Below are positions 18,470 through 28,272 of a stretch of DNA of 64,000 nucleotides, piece by piece (position 1 is the first letter of the stretch; each line of letters starts with the position of its first letter). Both the position numbers and the translations under genes were made by a program. The notes beneath the pieces are model-generated. The model was not told the origin of the DNA. It saw nothing but the letters and a program-made list of their open reading frames with translations, and made no database searches. This DNA is from Patescibacteria group bacterium (GTDB lineage: Bacteria > Patescibacteriota > Minisyncoccia > CAIUEV01 > JAHKAQ01). Location of the stretch: positions 16,114 to 80,113 of the forward strand of contig JAYEHH010000019.1 of NCBI GenBank assembly GCA_034716235.1. The letters are read 5' to 3'.

Positions 18470-19805
18470 TAATTGTTGAAATTTCCTGCTTTAAAGCAAG
18501 ATTATTTTTTATCTTGGACTTTACCTTATTATAAGCATGAATAATGGTTGCATGATCTCTACCCCCTAATTCTTTTCCTATACATGGGTAAGAAAGTTTT
18601 AATTCCTCCCTCATAAAATAAATTACTATCTGACGAGGCTTAATAATATTACTTTTTCTACTTTTACCCGTAATTTCACTGGGTTTTATATTATAAAAAG
18701 TAGCCACAGATTCAATTATCTTATTGGGTGTAGTGGTTTTTACAATTATTTTAGAAAAAGAATCTCCAAGAATTTCTTGAGCATTCTTTAAAGAAAAAGT
18801 AAGCTTTTTTAATTGACAAACGGCGATATATTTATTTAAAGCTCCTTCTAATTCTCTAATATTATCAGGGACATTGCGTGCAATGTATTCTAATACATTA
18901 CGGGGTATATTGTGGGAATCTAGGTTTTTTATTTTTTGCATTAAAATAGCAATTCTTGTCTCAATATCTGGTTTTGAAATGTCTACAATCATTCCACCCT
19001 CAAAACGTGAACGAAGCCTTTCTTCTAATGTTGCTATTGATTTTGGAGGGCGATCAGAACAAATAACAATCTGTTTGTCTTCCTGATAAAGAGTATTAAA
19101 TATATGAAAGAACTCTTCCTGTGTTTTCTCTTTCCCGCCGATAAATTGAATATCATCAATTAATAAAATGTCAATATTTTTATAATCATCTTTAAATTTA
19201 TCAACTCGTTGTCCTTTAATAGAATCAATAAATTCTGTAGTAAATTTTTCTGAAGTTACATAACGAACCTTCAATCCCCTTTTATTATCACTGGTATTAT
19301 TTCCAATAGCTTGTAAAAGATGAGTTTTACCAAGACCAACACCTCCGTAAATAAAAAGAGGATTGTATCTCTCTCCGGGACTTTCCGTGATTGATTCACA
19401 AGCAGCTTTAGCTAATTCATTATGAGATCCAGTTACCAGATTTTCAAAGGTATAGCGACCATTAAGGTTTTGCTTATTAATACCGGTGCTATTTGTGGTA
19501 GAGTTGTTTATCTTGGTGTTTTTAGGAACTGGAGTTAAGGATTGTAGGGAAGGTTTTTGAACGGGTGTTATTTGATACTCAATTGATTTAACATCCTTGT
19601 AATGATTAAGAATAGACTCCTTAATAAATTTACCATATTTATTTTCTAACCACTCCTTACTAAATCCATTTGGAACAGCTATTATTACCTCACCATTTTT
19701 AATACTAGAAATATAAGTATTATTAAACCAAGTAACAAAGTTACCCTTACTTATTGTTACCTCAATTTCACCTAGAACGGCTTGCCAAATGTATTTTTTA
19801 TCCAT
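18450..19805 (-). CDS. dnaA: Chromosomal replication initiator DnaA
   Basis: AAA+ 'GGVGLGKTHLLQAIGN' and a C-terminal DnaA-box-binding domain. Confidence 0.9.
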   Translation of the reverse strand: MDKKYIWQAVLGEIEVTISKGNFVTWFNNTYISSIKNGEVIIAVPNGFSKEWLENKYGKFIKESILNHYKDVKSIEYQITPVQKPSLQSLTPVPKNTKINNSTTNSTGINKQNLNGRYTFENLVTGSHNELAKAACESITESPGERYNPLFIYGGVGLGKTHLLQAIGNNTSDNKRGLKVRYVTSEKFTTEFIDSIKGQRVDKFKDDYKNIDILLIDDIQFIGGKEKTQEEFFHIFNTLYQEDKQIVICSDRPPKSIATLEERLRSRFEGGMIVDISKPDIETRIAILMQKIKNLDSHNIPRNVLEYIARNVPDNIRELEGALNKYIAVCQLKKLTFSLKNAQEILGDSFSKIIVKTTTPNKIIESVATFYNIKPSEITGKSRKSNIIKPRQIVIYFMREELKLSYPCIGKELGGRDHATIIHAYNKVKSKIKNNLALKQEISTIREQYLY

Positions 19806-20055
19806 TCTTTTCTAAGAAAGACACATTAAAGATAATAGATTTTTATCCTAACATAAAAAAACAAATGAATAAAGGCAATAAGGGAATATTTTCTGTGCAA
19901 AAGCTGTGTAAAAGAATTAACGCCCAATAAAAGAACAACTCACCCCTTGTGTTATTAGGTTAGGATTAGACCTTAAGAAAACTATAATTATTTGACATTT
20001 CACTCTAACAACCCTAACTTAGTATTAAGATGTTTATTAAGTAACTAAAGTTTTT

Positions 20056-20199
20056 ATGTCAACCAAAAGAACCTATCATCCTAAAAATAGAAAAAGGAAG
20101 AAATCTTGTGGTTTTAGAATAAGGCAGAAAACCAAGGGAGGAAAGAAGGTTTTAGCTAGAAGAAGAAAGAAAAAGCGCCAAAGGGTTGTGGTTGCTTAA
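20056..20199 (+). CDS. rpmH: 50S ribosomal protein L34
   Basis: Translation '[47 protein letters not shown]'. Too short for the supplied ORF track. It occupies the classic rpmH-rnpA-yidC position. Confidence 0.8.
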   Translation: MSTKRTYHPKNRKRKKSCGFRIRQKTKGGKKVLARRRKKKRQRVVVA

Positions 20200-20212
20200 T
20201 TTTAGGATTAAA

Positions 20213-20569
20213 ATGTTTAAAAGTAATCATTTAAGTAGAATAGAAATAAAGAAAACGCTTAAGAATGGGGAGCGTTTTTCTGTTAAGGGAGTAACAGCTA
20301 TCTTTTTACCAAGTAATGAAAAATTAGGAATAGTGGTTATTGTTTCTAAGAAAGTTTCTCCCAGTAGTGTTAATAGAAACAAGATTAAGCGGAAATTTAG
20401 AGAAGCCTTTAGGTTAATTATTAAAGATAAAGAAAATATAAAGGGTAATCTTATTTTAATTTGTCACCTTCCTAAATATTCATTTAGAGAAAGTGTTTGG
20501 TGTTTAAGAAAAATAATTAGTTTTATTTCTAAGAAAAAAAATGGACATTTTCATAAACCTCTTTCATGA
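20213..20569 (+). CDS. rnpA: RNase P protein component
   Basis: Follows and overlaps rpmH. Basic protein containing 'NRNKIKRKFREAFR' (the RNR motif region). ATG at 20213 is preferred over the track's TTG start at 20186. Confidence 0.7.
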   Translation: MFKSNHLSRIEIKKTLKNGERFSVKGVTAIFLPSNEKLGIVVIVSKKVSPSSVNRNKIKRKFREAFRLIIKDKENIKGNLILICHLPKYSFRESVWCLRKIISFISKKKNGHFHKPLS

Positions 20570-21341
20570 AATTTTATACCGCCCCTTCTTTAATGGGTTA
20601 GTGTTTTTCTATAAAGCGACCGGCGACCTGGGAGTAGCGATTATTATAGTTACGACTTTGATTAAGCTTTTACTATTTCCTCTTTCCAAGAAGCAGTTAA
20701 ATTCCCAACAAGAAATAAAAAAGATTCAACCCAAAATTAATGCGATAAAAGAAAAAAACAAAGGAAACAGAGAGGCTCAGAGTCGAGAAATGATGGAGCT
20801 ATATAAAAAAGAAAAAATAAATCCAGCGTCAGGATGTTTACCTCTTTTAATTCAATTACCCATATTAATTGCTCTTTATAGGGTTTTTATTCCAGGTAAA
20901 TCTTTATTTATTGACGGAGATCATCTTAGAGTTGCCATGGAAGTACTTTATTCTTTCCCCTACCTACAAAGTGTTACCGAAATTAAGAACACCTTTTTGG
21001 GTATTGTTGATTTAACCCAAAGAAGCATTCCCATTGCTCTTATAAGTAGTGCTTTACAGTTTATTCAAACTAAAGCGCTGATTCCTAAGAAAAAAACAGA
21101 AAAGAAGAAAAAGGATGACGATAAACAGCCAGCCTTCCAGGATGTTTTCAGTGGTCAAATGGTCTATATGATGCCCGCTATTACTTTCTTTTTTGGGATT
21201 AGTTTTCCCGCCGCCTTGCCTCTTTATTGGAGTGTTAGTACCGCCATTACCATAGCCCAACAGCGATTTTTAAAAGGACAATTAAAAAAAGATTCTTCTG
21301 AAACTAAAACTCTATCCACTAAAAAATCCACTAAAAACTAA
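20541..21341 (+). CDS. yidC: Membrane protein insertase YidC (short Oxa1-like form)
   Basis: 'KKQLNSQQEIKKIQPKINAIKEK...SREMMELYKKEKINPASGCLPLLIQLPILIALY', multi-TM. Confidence 0.8.
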   Translation: MDIFINLFHEILYRPFFNGLVFFYKATGDLGVAIIIVTTLIKLLLFPLSKKQLNSQQEIKKIQPKINAIKEKNKGNREAQSREMMELYKKEKINPASGCLPLLIQLPILIALYRVFIPGKSLFIDGDHLRVAMEVLYSFPYLQSVTEIKNTFLGIVDLTQRSIPIALISSALQFIQTKALIPKKKTEKKKKDDDKQPAFQDVFSGQMVYMMPAITFFFGISFPAALPLYWSVSTAITIAQQRFLKGQLKKDSSETKTLSTKKSTKN

Positions 21342-21375
21342 ATATCGGTGGATAACTTGTGTTTTTTTAAAAAAT

Positions 21376-22797
21376 ATGTCAATTCCTCGCAAAATAGCCT
21401 TTAACACTATCTTTTCTTCTTCTACTAAGATAAGTTGGACATTTGTTTCCATAATAGCCCTTGGTTTAATAACCAGATATTTAGGGGCAGACGGCTTTGG
21501 TGAATATACAACCGTTCTGGCTTTTTTCTTTATGTTCTCTGCTATTAGTGATCTTGGCCTTAGTCAGATTGTTTTAAGAGAAATTTCCTACAAAAAAAGA
21601 GATACCAAAGAGAAACAAATTATTTCAACAGCTTTTACGCTAAGACTAACAGTTTCTCTTATTATAATTCTGGCATCTTTTGTTTTGGTTAGGTTTCTTC
21701 CCTATTCAGATAATATTAAAAATGGAATAATCCTTTCATCTTTTGGTTTATTGTTTTCCTCTGGCTATCAAATATTGGTAACAGTTTTTCAGAAGAGATT
21801 ACTTGTGTATCAAGTTTCTATAGCAGAATTAGTGGGAAGGGTTGCTAACTTAGCATGGGTGTTTACTTGTGTTCATTTTCAATTGGGACTTCTTTGGATT
21901 TTAGGAGGAATGCTTATTTCCTGGGCAAGCACTTTTTTGATTGTATTTATATTAGCTAGGATAAAAGTTAAATTTCATTTAGGGTTTAACTATCTAGGAA
22001 TAAAAAAACTTTTAAAAAATGCACTACCATTGGGAATTTCAGCGATTATTACCTTTATTTATTTTAGAGTAGATACAATCATGCTCTCTATAATGAAAGG
22101 TATTGGTGATGTAGGTATTTACGGAGCAGCCTATAAAATCATTGAGAATGTTGCCTATTTCCCAGCCATGTTTATGGGGTTAATTATGCCACTCTATGCT
22201 CGGTATATGTTTACTAACAAGAAAAAATTTAAACGAGTAGCGTATCGAGCTTTTGACACCATTTCTTTTATCGCTATAGGAATTTCTTTTGGAATATTTG
22301 CCCTAGCACCTAAAATAATTACTCTTATTGCAGGAGAAGGTTTTGAAGAATCTATTTTGGTTTTAAGAATTTTAGCCATTTCAATTTTAGGACTTTTTTA
22401 TGCCCAATACTTTAATACTATTCTTATTACAGCTAATCTACAGAAAAAATTGCTATTAATTTTTAGTATTTGCGCGGTTTTAAATATTTCTGCCAATATC
22501 ATCTTTATTCCTCAATATTCATACTTAGCTGCTGGAACAATTTCATCACTTACAGAGCTTCTTGTGCCAATGTTAGCAGCTATTATGGTTATTAAGCACT
22601 GTCATTATTTTCCTAAAGTTTACGCTCTTTTAAAAATAATATTGGCCGGAATTTTAATGCTAGGATTCTTATTTATCTCTAAAAATTGGCCAATTTATCT
22701 ACAGATTCCACTGGGAGGCGGAATTTATCTAATGGCGACCTTTGCCCTAAAAGCTTTTTCTATAAGGGATTTTAAAAAAATAATTAAAGCAAATTGA
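21376..22797 (+). CDS. Polysaccharide/oligosaccharide flippase (MOP/Wzx-like)
   Basis: 473 aa with roughly 12-14 TM helices, located upstream of a GT2 and an O-antigen-ligase-like gene. Confidence 0.55.
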   Translation: MSIPRKIAFNTIFSSSTKISWTFVSIIALGLITRYLGADGFGEYTTVLAFFFMFSAISDLGLSQIVLREISYKKRDTKEKQIISTAFTLRLTVSLIIILASFVLVRFLPYSDNIKNGIILSSFGLLFSSGYQILVTVFQKRLLVYQVSIAELVGRVANLAWVFTCVHFQLGLLWILGGMLISWASTFLIVFILARIKVKFHLGFNYLGIKKLLKNALPLGISAIITFIYFRVDTIMLSIMKGIGDVGIYGAAYKIIENVAYFPAMFMGLIMPLYARYMFTNKKKFKRVAYRAFDTISFIAIGISFGIFALAPKIITLIAGEGFEESILVLRILAISILGLFYAQYFNTILITANLQKKLLLIFSICAVLNISANIIFIPQYSYLAAGTISSLTELLVPMLAAIMVIKHCHYFPKVYALLKIILAGILMLGFLFISKNWPIYLQIPLGGGIYLMATFALKAFSIRDFKKIIKAN

Positions 22798-23612
22798 ATT
22801 TAGCGATTATTATTGTTAATTTTAACACAGCCAAGCATCTAAAAAGGACGCTTTTAAGTATTTTAAGCAATAGAGAGTTTAGAAATGAAGAAATTATTGT
22901 TGTGGATAATGGTGAATTTTACGACAATAAACGAATTTCTTTAAGAAAGCTACTTGCTGATTTACCACAGAAAACATTTAAGCTTTTAATCAATCATACC
23001 AACAAGGGTTTTGGTTATGCCTGCAATCAGGCAGTAAAGGAAACAGATAAGCAAAATATTCTTTTTTTAAATCCAGATTGTTTAATCACCAGTAAGAATG
23101 TTAAAAAATTAATTACAACCCTAAATTCATCAAAAAAAGTTGGTATGGTAGCTCCACGGCTTCTTAAGGAAAATAATAAAGACCAGCGCTGGAGTTTTGC
23201 TAATGAGCCTGATGTTTGGTCAAGGCTTTTTAATCCATTCAAAGAGATAACCGATCAATATTTATTGGCTCCGAATATTGCTAGCGTTGAATGGGTTAGT
23301 GGAGCTTGTTTAATAATAAAAAAAGAGGTATTTTTGGAAGTTAATGGGTTTGATGCTAATTTCTTTTTATATTTTGAAGATAGAGATTTATGTTTAAGGG
23401 CAAAAAATGCTGGATATCAGATCTTACGTAATCAAAAAGCCGAAGCAACTCACCTAGAAAGTCAAAGTTTTATTGGATGGAGTGATAGAAAAAAATATTA
23501 TTATCGCTCTCAGGATTATTTTTTTAAGAAGCATTATGGTTCACTGGCAACCAACTTAATGAAAATTCTTAGAGTTCCCTATTATGTTAAAAATATCTAT
23601 TTTTCTAAATAA
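22794..23612 (+). CDS. Family 2 glycosyltransferase
   Basis: 'AIIIVNFNTAKHLKRTL...IIVVDNG' and 'YFEDRD' (DxD region). Confidence 0.75.
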   Translation: MNLAIIIVNFNTAKHLKRTLLSILSNREFRNEEIIVVDNGEFYDNKRISLRKLLADLPQKTFKLLINHTNKGFGYACNQAVKETDKQNILFLNPDCLITSKNVKKLITTLNSSKKVGMVAPRLLKENNKDQRWSFANEPDVWSRLFNPFKEITDQYLLAPNIASVEWVSGACLIIKKEVFLEVNGFDANFFLYFEDRDLCLRAKNAGYQILRNQKAEATHLESQSFIGWSDRKKYYYRSQDYFFKKHYGSLATNLMKILRVPYYVKNIYFSK

Positions 23613-25062
23613 ATTTTTCTTATTAGCCATTCTGTTGGCTGGTGGTGTAGGAGCAGGTATCGGTTTATATCCTGTTGAAACACTTATTCTAATTACACTT
23701 CTCTTAATTGGCTTATTAATCTTCTTTTTTCCAAGAACATCTTTAGTTTGGCTTGCTTTCCTTTTTCCATTCTTGCCCGCCTTAAATTTAGGCGCAGGTG
23801 TTGATTTGGCCAGTGGCCGAGTGTTGATCTTGCTTTTATTTTTCAGTTGGTTAGCACATTCCTTGGCGAACAAATGTTTTAAAGTCCCTCTTAAGATTAT
23901 GGGCTTATTGGTAATTTTGTTTTTAGTTTGGGTGGCAGGGTCTTATATTTATTCTCCAATCACCGAAAGAACTTTTCGTAAGTTATTGGTTTTTTATAGT
24001 ATTTTCCCTTTATTCTTTATTGGCTATGGGATGTTTATGGAATATGGAAAAAAGTTAGTCTTATCAGTTTTTAAGGCCGTTGCGGTAGGATCGATAGGAA
24101 TTATTTTAATAGGAATAATACAATTTCTATCCCAATTTTTTTGGGGAGGTCAAACTGTTGCCGGTATTTATTCTAATTATATAGCTCCTTTTCTTTGGGG
24201 GAAAACGGTAGCAGTAACGGTAGCCAGTAATCCTAGTTGGTTTTTTGATGCTGGTTCTATTGATTTATTAAGAGCTTTTGCAACCTTTCCCGATCCCCAC
24301 ATGCTGAGTTACTTTCTAGCTTTTGCCATACCTCTCTTAGTGGGGATCGGCCTTTTCCAGAAAAAGAAAAAGCTAAAGATTTTATACCTAACCTCAGCCT
24401 TTATGGGATTAGTGGTTGAGTTACTAACTTTTTCCAGAGGAGGATATTTAGGATTTTTCTCAGCTCTTACTTTTATTTTGACGATTTTATTCTTTAGCTC
24501 TTCAAATAAAAAATTATTAGTAGAAATTGTAGGAGGAATAGGCGCTGGACTATTAGTGTTAGGAATAATTTTTCCAGTTAATCCCATTTTTCAAAGAGTT
24601 GGTTCTATTTTTAATACTTACGAGGGTTCCAATCAAGGAAGATTGGAAATTTGGGGAGAAGCTTTTAATCTTTTCAAAGATAGGCCATTGTTGGGAGTAG
24701 GTCTGGGAGCCTATTCTTACGAAGTAAGGCCAGCTGCCAATTATCGAGATCCAATTTATGCTCATAATCTATATTTAGAATTTTTAGCAGAAATTGGAAT
24801 CCCAGGATTCATATTTTGGCTAGGAATCATTGTTTCAGCTATCTGGATTTTCACTAAAAACTATTTAAAAAACAAAAAAAGCGAAATGGGGATAATTTCT
24901 TTCGCTTTAGGATCTTCTTTGGTTTGGTTTTCTGTCCATTCTCTTTTTGAAATGCCGGTTTATTCTCCAATTATACTCCCCTTGCTTGTCCTTACACTAG
25001 CTTTAGCTAGTTATCTGGAGGATAATCTATCTGGTGGGTCGGCCACCTCTAGAAGCTTGTAG
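23584..25062 (+). CDS. O-antigen ligase/polymerase-like (Wzy_C) membrane protein
   Basis: Polytopic, with the 'YAHNLYLEFLAEIGIPGFIFW' Wzy_C motif. Confidence 0.6.
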   Translation: MLKISIFLNKFFLLAILLAGGVGAGIGLYPVETLILITLLLIGLLIFFFPRTSLVWLAFLFPFLPALNLGAGVDLASGRVLILLLFFSWLAHSLANKCFKVPLKIMGLLVILFLVWVAGSYIYSPITERTFRKLLVFYSIFPLFFIGYGMFMEYGKKLVLSVFKAVAVGSIGIILIGIIQFLSQFFWGGQTVAGIYSNYIAPFLWGKTVAVTVASNPSWFFDAGSIDLLRAFATFPDPHMLSYFLAFAIPLLVGIGLFQKKKKLKILYLTSAFMGLVVELLTFSRGGYLGFFSALTFILTILFFSSSNKKLLVEIVGGIGAGLLVLGIIFPVNPIFQRVGSIFNTYEGSNQGRLEIWGEAFNLFKDRPLLGVGLGAYSYEVRPAANYRDPIYAHNLYLEFLAEIGIPGFIFWLGIIVSAIWIFTKNYLKNKKSEMGIISFALGSSLVWFSVHSLFEMPVYSPIILPLLVLTLALASYLEDNLSGGSATSRSL

Positions 25063-26865
25063 CTCCTTTTTAGCTTTAGCAATTTCTATTAACTGGGCTG
25101 GATCAGACGTGATGATTTGGTCTTCCGTATAAGAAGCAACCACTCTTATGGCAGCGTGTTTTAATCCAGCAAAGAAAATTCCTTCTCCTACCTTACTTTC
25201 TAGAAGCATAAATTTTTCCTGTTCAGTTAAATAAAACGTTTCACTTATCAGGTCTATAGATGCCGGAGATTGTCTTAATAAAAGCTGGATGGATGAGTTA
25301 GTAATAATAGGCTTGCCGTAGGGGGAGTTTATAAAATCTGAAATATCTTGAGTAATAGTGGTTAAACCAGTGAAATATTTACGGCAACGCTTGGCAATGC
25401 GAAACATAAAATTGCCAGCATCTTCATGGGCCATCATTATCCATGCCTCATCAACAAACAAGAGGCGCTTTCTAAGATTGGAACGAATTTGATTCCAAAC
25501 ATATTGCAAAACTAGATACATAGCCACCGGTCTTAGGATTTCTTCCATGTCGCGAATATTAAAAACTATCAATTGAGTATCCACTCTTACATTAGTAGTT
25601 TTATTTAGAAAGCCTGCAAAGGTTCCTTCAGTGTATTTTTCAAGACGAATAGCTAAGTCTTCTCCTCCGCTCATATTCCTTAAAACATCATATAAAAGAG
25701 ACATGGTGGGAGGATTTTGAGAAGTCGTTTTAAAATTAGGAGAATCAGCGGTAATATCTTTTACGGCATAAGTTTCTCTAATGGCTCTATCTAGAATGGA
25801 ATCTTCTTCGGGGGTAATATTCCCCATAACAATCCTCATAAGCCCCAGAATATTTACAATTCCACTTCTTAAAATTTCTTCAGGGTCATCGTCGTCTTGC
25901 ATTAAGGGTAAATCAAAGGGGTTAATATGATTAGGAGAAGTTAAAGATATTTTTACAAATGAGCCTCCAACCGCATTACAGAGATGCTTGTATTCATTTT
26001 CTGGGTCTATAATAATTACCTGAGTTCCAAACATTAAAGAGCGTAAAATTTCTAACTTAGCGGTGTATGATTTCCCAGCACCTGATTTAGCAAAAACTAC
26101 CATATTGGCATTTTCCATCTTAAAACGATCAAAAAGAACCAAGCTGTTATTGTGACGGTTTATTCCGTATAAAATACCATCATTAGAGCTTAAATTTGAA
26201 GAAGTAAACGGAAAAGAGGTTGACAGCGGAGAGGTGTTTAGGTTTGTTGAAGCATCTAACTCATCATTGGCTAGAGGTACAGTAGAAGCAAAACCTTGTT
26301 CCATTCTAAATACTGCCGGTTTTAAATAAACTAAGCGAGCCTCTAAAATAGATTCAATAGAATTACAAAGATCATTTAATTCTTTTTCTGTTTTTCCATA
26401 GGCTGTAATATAAACTCCAAAGCGAAAGAAGCGTTCTACTCCTTGTTGAAGTCTGTCGCGTAAATCCTCAATATCCCGTAAAGAAGTTTCCAGAACAGGG
26501 TCTCTAATTTTTCCGGCTTGGGTTTCCAATGTCATTCTGGATTGTACCTGAGTAGCTGTTTTTCGAAGAGACTTTAAAATTACCCCAGTATCAACAGGAT
26601 GAGTAAACATAGAAATGTCAAACATTCTATCCAGATTAATAATGGGAGAAAACCAGCCCGTTTGAAGGTAACGAGGATAAGCTATAATAAATAAAGTTTT
26701 AACAAATCTATTTCCCACTCTCAGCATAGATGGAGAAACATTAAAAGATGCTGGAGCAATTAGGTCCTTAATAGTGGCTAGTCCTTGCAAGTAAGTCTTT
26801 TCAGCACTTAACTGCCCAGGAGCTGTCTTTGCTTTAGGCTTGTTGAAAGAAAAAAGTTTATTCAT
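25027..26865 (-). CDS. VirB4/TrbE/CagE-family type IV secretion ATPase
   Basis: N-terminal 'GNRFVKTLFIIAYPRYLQTGWF', Walker A 'FAKSGAGKSYTAK', Walker B 'LLFVDEAW'. Confidence 0.7.
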   Translation of the reverse strand: MNKLFSFNKPKAKTAPGQLSAEKTYLQGLATIKDLIAPASFNVSPSMLRVGNRFVKTLFIIAYPRYLQTGWFSPIINLDRMFDISMFTHPVDTGVILKSLRKTATQVQSRMTLETQAGKIRDPVLETSLRDIEDLRDRLQQGVERFFRFGVYITAYGKTEKELNDLCNSIESILEARLVYLKPAVFRMEQGFASTVPLANDELDASTNLNTSPLSTSFPFTSSNLSSNDGILYGINRHNNSLVLFDRFKMENANMVVFAKSGAGKSYTAKLEILRSLMFGTQVIIIDPENEYKHLCNAVGGSFVKISLTSPNHINPFDLPLMQDDDDPEEILRSGIVNILGLMRIVMGNITPEEDSILDRAIRETYAVKDITADSPNFKTTSQNPPTMSLLYDVLRNMSGGEDLAIRLEKYTEGTFAGFLNKTTNVRVDTQLIVFNIRDMEEILRPVAMYLVLQYVWNQIRSNLRKRLLFVDEAWIMMAHEDAGNFMFRIAKRCRKYFTGLTTITQDISDFINSPYGKPIITNSSIQLLLRQSPASIDLISETFYLTEQEKFMLLESKVGEGIFFAGLKHAAIRVVASYTEDQIITSDPAQLIEIAKAKKELQASRGGRPTR

Positions 26866-26885
26866 AGAGAATTAAAAATAAATAC

Positions 26886-27596
26886 TTAAGCATACAGTGA
26901 AGTGTTTACAGCCATTCCTTCGATAGGAGCCAATTCTAATCTTTCAATAGGTCCAGGATTATAAGTAGAATAATATAACTCGATTAATTCTTGGGTGTTT
27001 AAAATAGCCAATCTCAAGCCTGTTCCCGTTAATCCATTTTGAACAAGGTCCACTCGTTGCCACAGTTGGTCTTTGTAAACCTCCAAGCTTGCTAATCCTT
27101 TCTTTTTAGTAGCTTTATTAGGAGAGAATATCTCAAAGAAACGGTCTTTTAGTTTACCTTTCTGGTTCTCAACGGGTGAGAAAGGAACAACAATGTAAAA
27201 ACTTTTATTTACAACATTAATAGTAACCGCCATGTTGGCAATATATTGAATATAATCTTCCATTTGCAAATGAAGTAGCTCGTTGGTTTGCTCTCGAGAT
27301 AATTTCTTTAGAGTATCAACATAATGCTTTAAGTTTATTTTACGAGAACTAATAAAAATCTGCAGAGGAAAATCTAAGGAGTTTAAAAAACTTTGATAGT
27401 GAGTAATAATAGCATCCTGTTCGTCGGTAGATTTGAGATCAAAATTTATAGAAGACACCATTAATACAGCCCTTAAGGCTCCATTTTTTAAAATTACCAC
27501 TCCATCTTTTATCTGATCAATATCTAAAAACTGCTGAGTACTACCGGTAGCTTGTTTTTGTTTAATTAATTTTTTTGCATGCAGAGATTGACTCAT
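26886..27596 (-). CDS. Hypothetical protein within the T4SS-like cluster
   Basis: Lies between the PrgI/VirB3-like and VirB4 genes on the same strand; no recognisable motif. Confidence 0.3.
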   Translation of the reverse strand: MSQSLHAKKLIKQKQATGSTQQFLDIDQIKDGVVILKNGALRAVLMVSSINFDLKSTDEQDAIITHYQSFLNSLDFPLQIFISSRKINLKHYVDTLKKLSREQTNELLHLQMEDYIQYIANMAVTINVVNKSFYIVVPFSPVENQKGKLKDRFFEIFSPNKATKKKGLASLEVYKDQLWQRVDLVQNGLTGTGLRLAILNTQELIELYYSTYNPGPIERLELAPIEGMAVNTSLYA

Positions 27597-27654
27597 TTAA
27601 ATATCTTTTGTATTTATTTTTAGGGATTGTAAATATGCCGACGAGATTCTTTTT

Positions 27655-28272
27655 CTAATTACTCTCTCGATCTTTCTCTCTTTTCAGTTGTTGGTTGCGT
27701 TCTTTATTTCTTAAGCGTGCTCCTTTTGTGTTAGCTGTCTCTTCTTTAATAACATTTTTTGATTGGACCATCAAATTTTTAGAAGAAGACTTTTTGTTTT
27801 GAGTGGCTGAATTAAAAAATTGTTGATCAGACATTTCTTGCTTACCATCAGCATCTAAAATATTGGCAATGTGTTCTACTTTTTGATGAGGAAACTCTTT
27901 TTTGGTAATAATAATTTCCATTTCTTCTTCCTTGTTTTTGTTTTTTGGATTGAATTGCTTTTTTCCTCTTTTCCAAATATAGCGTTTACCCTTGGTGCCA
28001 TAAATAAGAATATGTCCTAAAAAAGAAACCAGACTTTGATTATAAGGACGGAAAAAAGCAAAAGCAGAAACTATTCCCATTACAAGTATAGCTATAACAA
28101 TAAATAATGAAAGGTCAAAAATATGATACAGAATAAGGAGTGAAACACCCCCTCCTAAAAGCCATAAAAATTGCTTCCCAGTTAAGGGACCGACAATGGT
28201 ATCTTCTATATCTATATCTTTTGGAATCTTAGATCTCATGGGTTGATTAATTAAATAATATAATTCCTTCAT
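27655..28272 (-). CDS. PrgI/VirB3-like two-TM membrane protein
   Basis: Two adjacent TM helices near the N-terminus followed by a charged tail, positioned upstream of VirB4. Confidence 0.35.
   Translation of the reverse strand: MKELYYLINQPMRSKIPKDIDIEDTIVGPLTGKQFLWLLGGGVSLLILYHIFDLSLFIVIAILVMGIVSAFAFFRPYNQSLVSFLGHILIYGTKGKRYIWKRGKKQFNPKNKNKEEEMEIIITKKEFPHQKVEHIANILDADGKQEMSDQQFFNSATQNKKSSSKNLMVQSKNVIKEETANTKGARLRNKERNQQLKREKDRESN

Noticed and set aside
19806-20055. A strong DnaA-box cluster in the dnaA-rpmH spacer
   Set aside because: Only weak matches (TTATCCTAA) are present. Better DnaA-box-like sequences lie in the dnaA-dnaN spacer and at 21347. The oriC assignment is left open.
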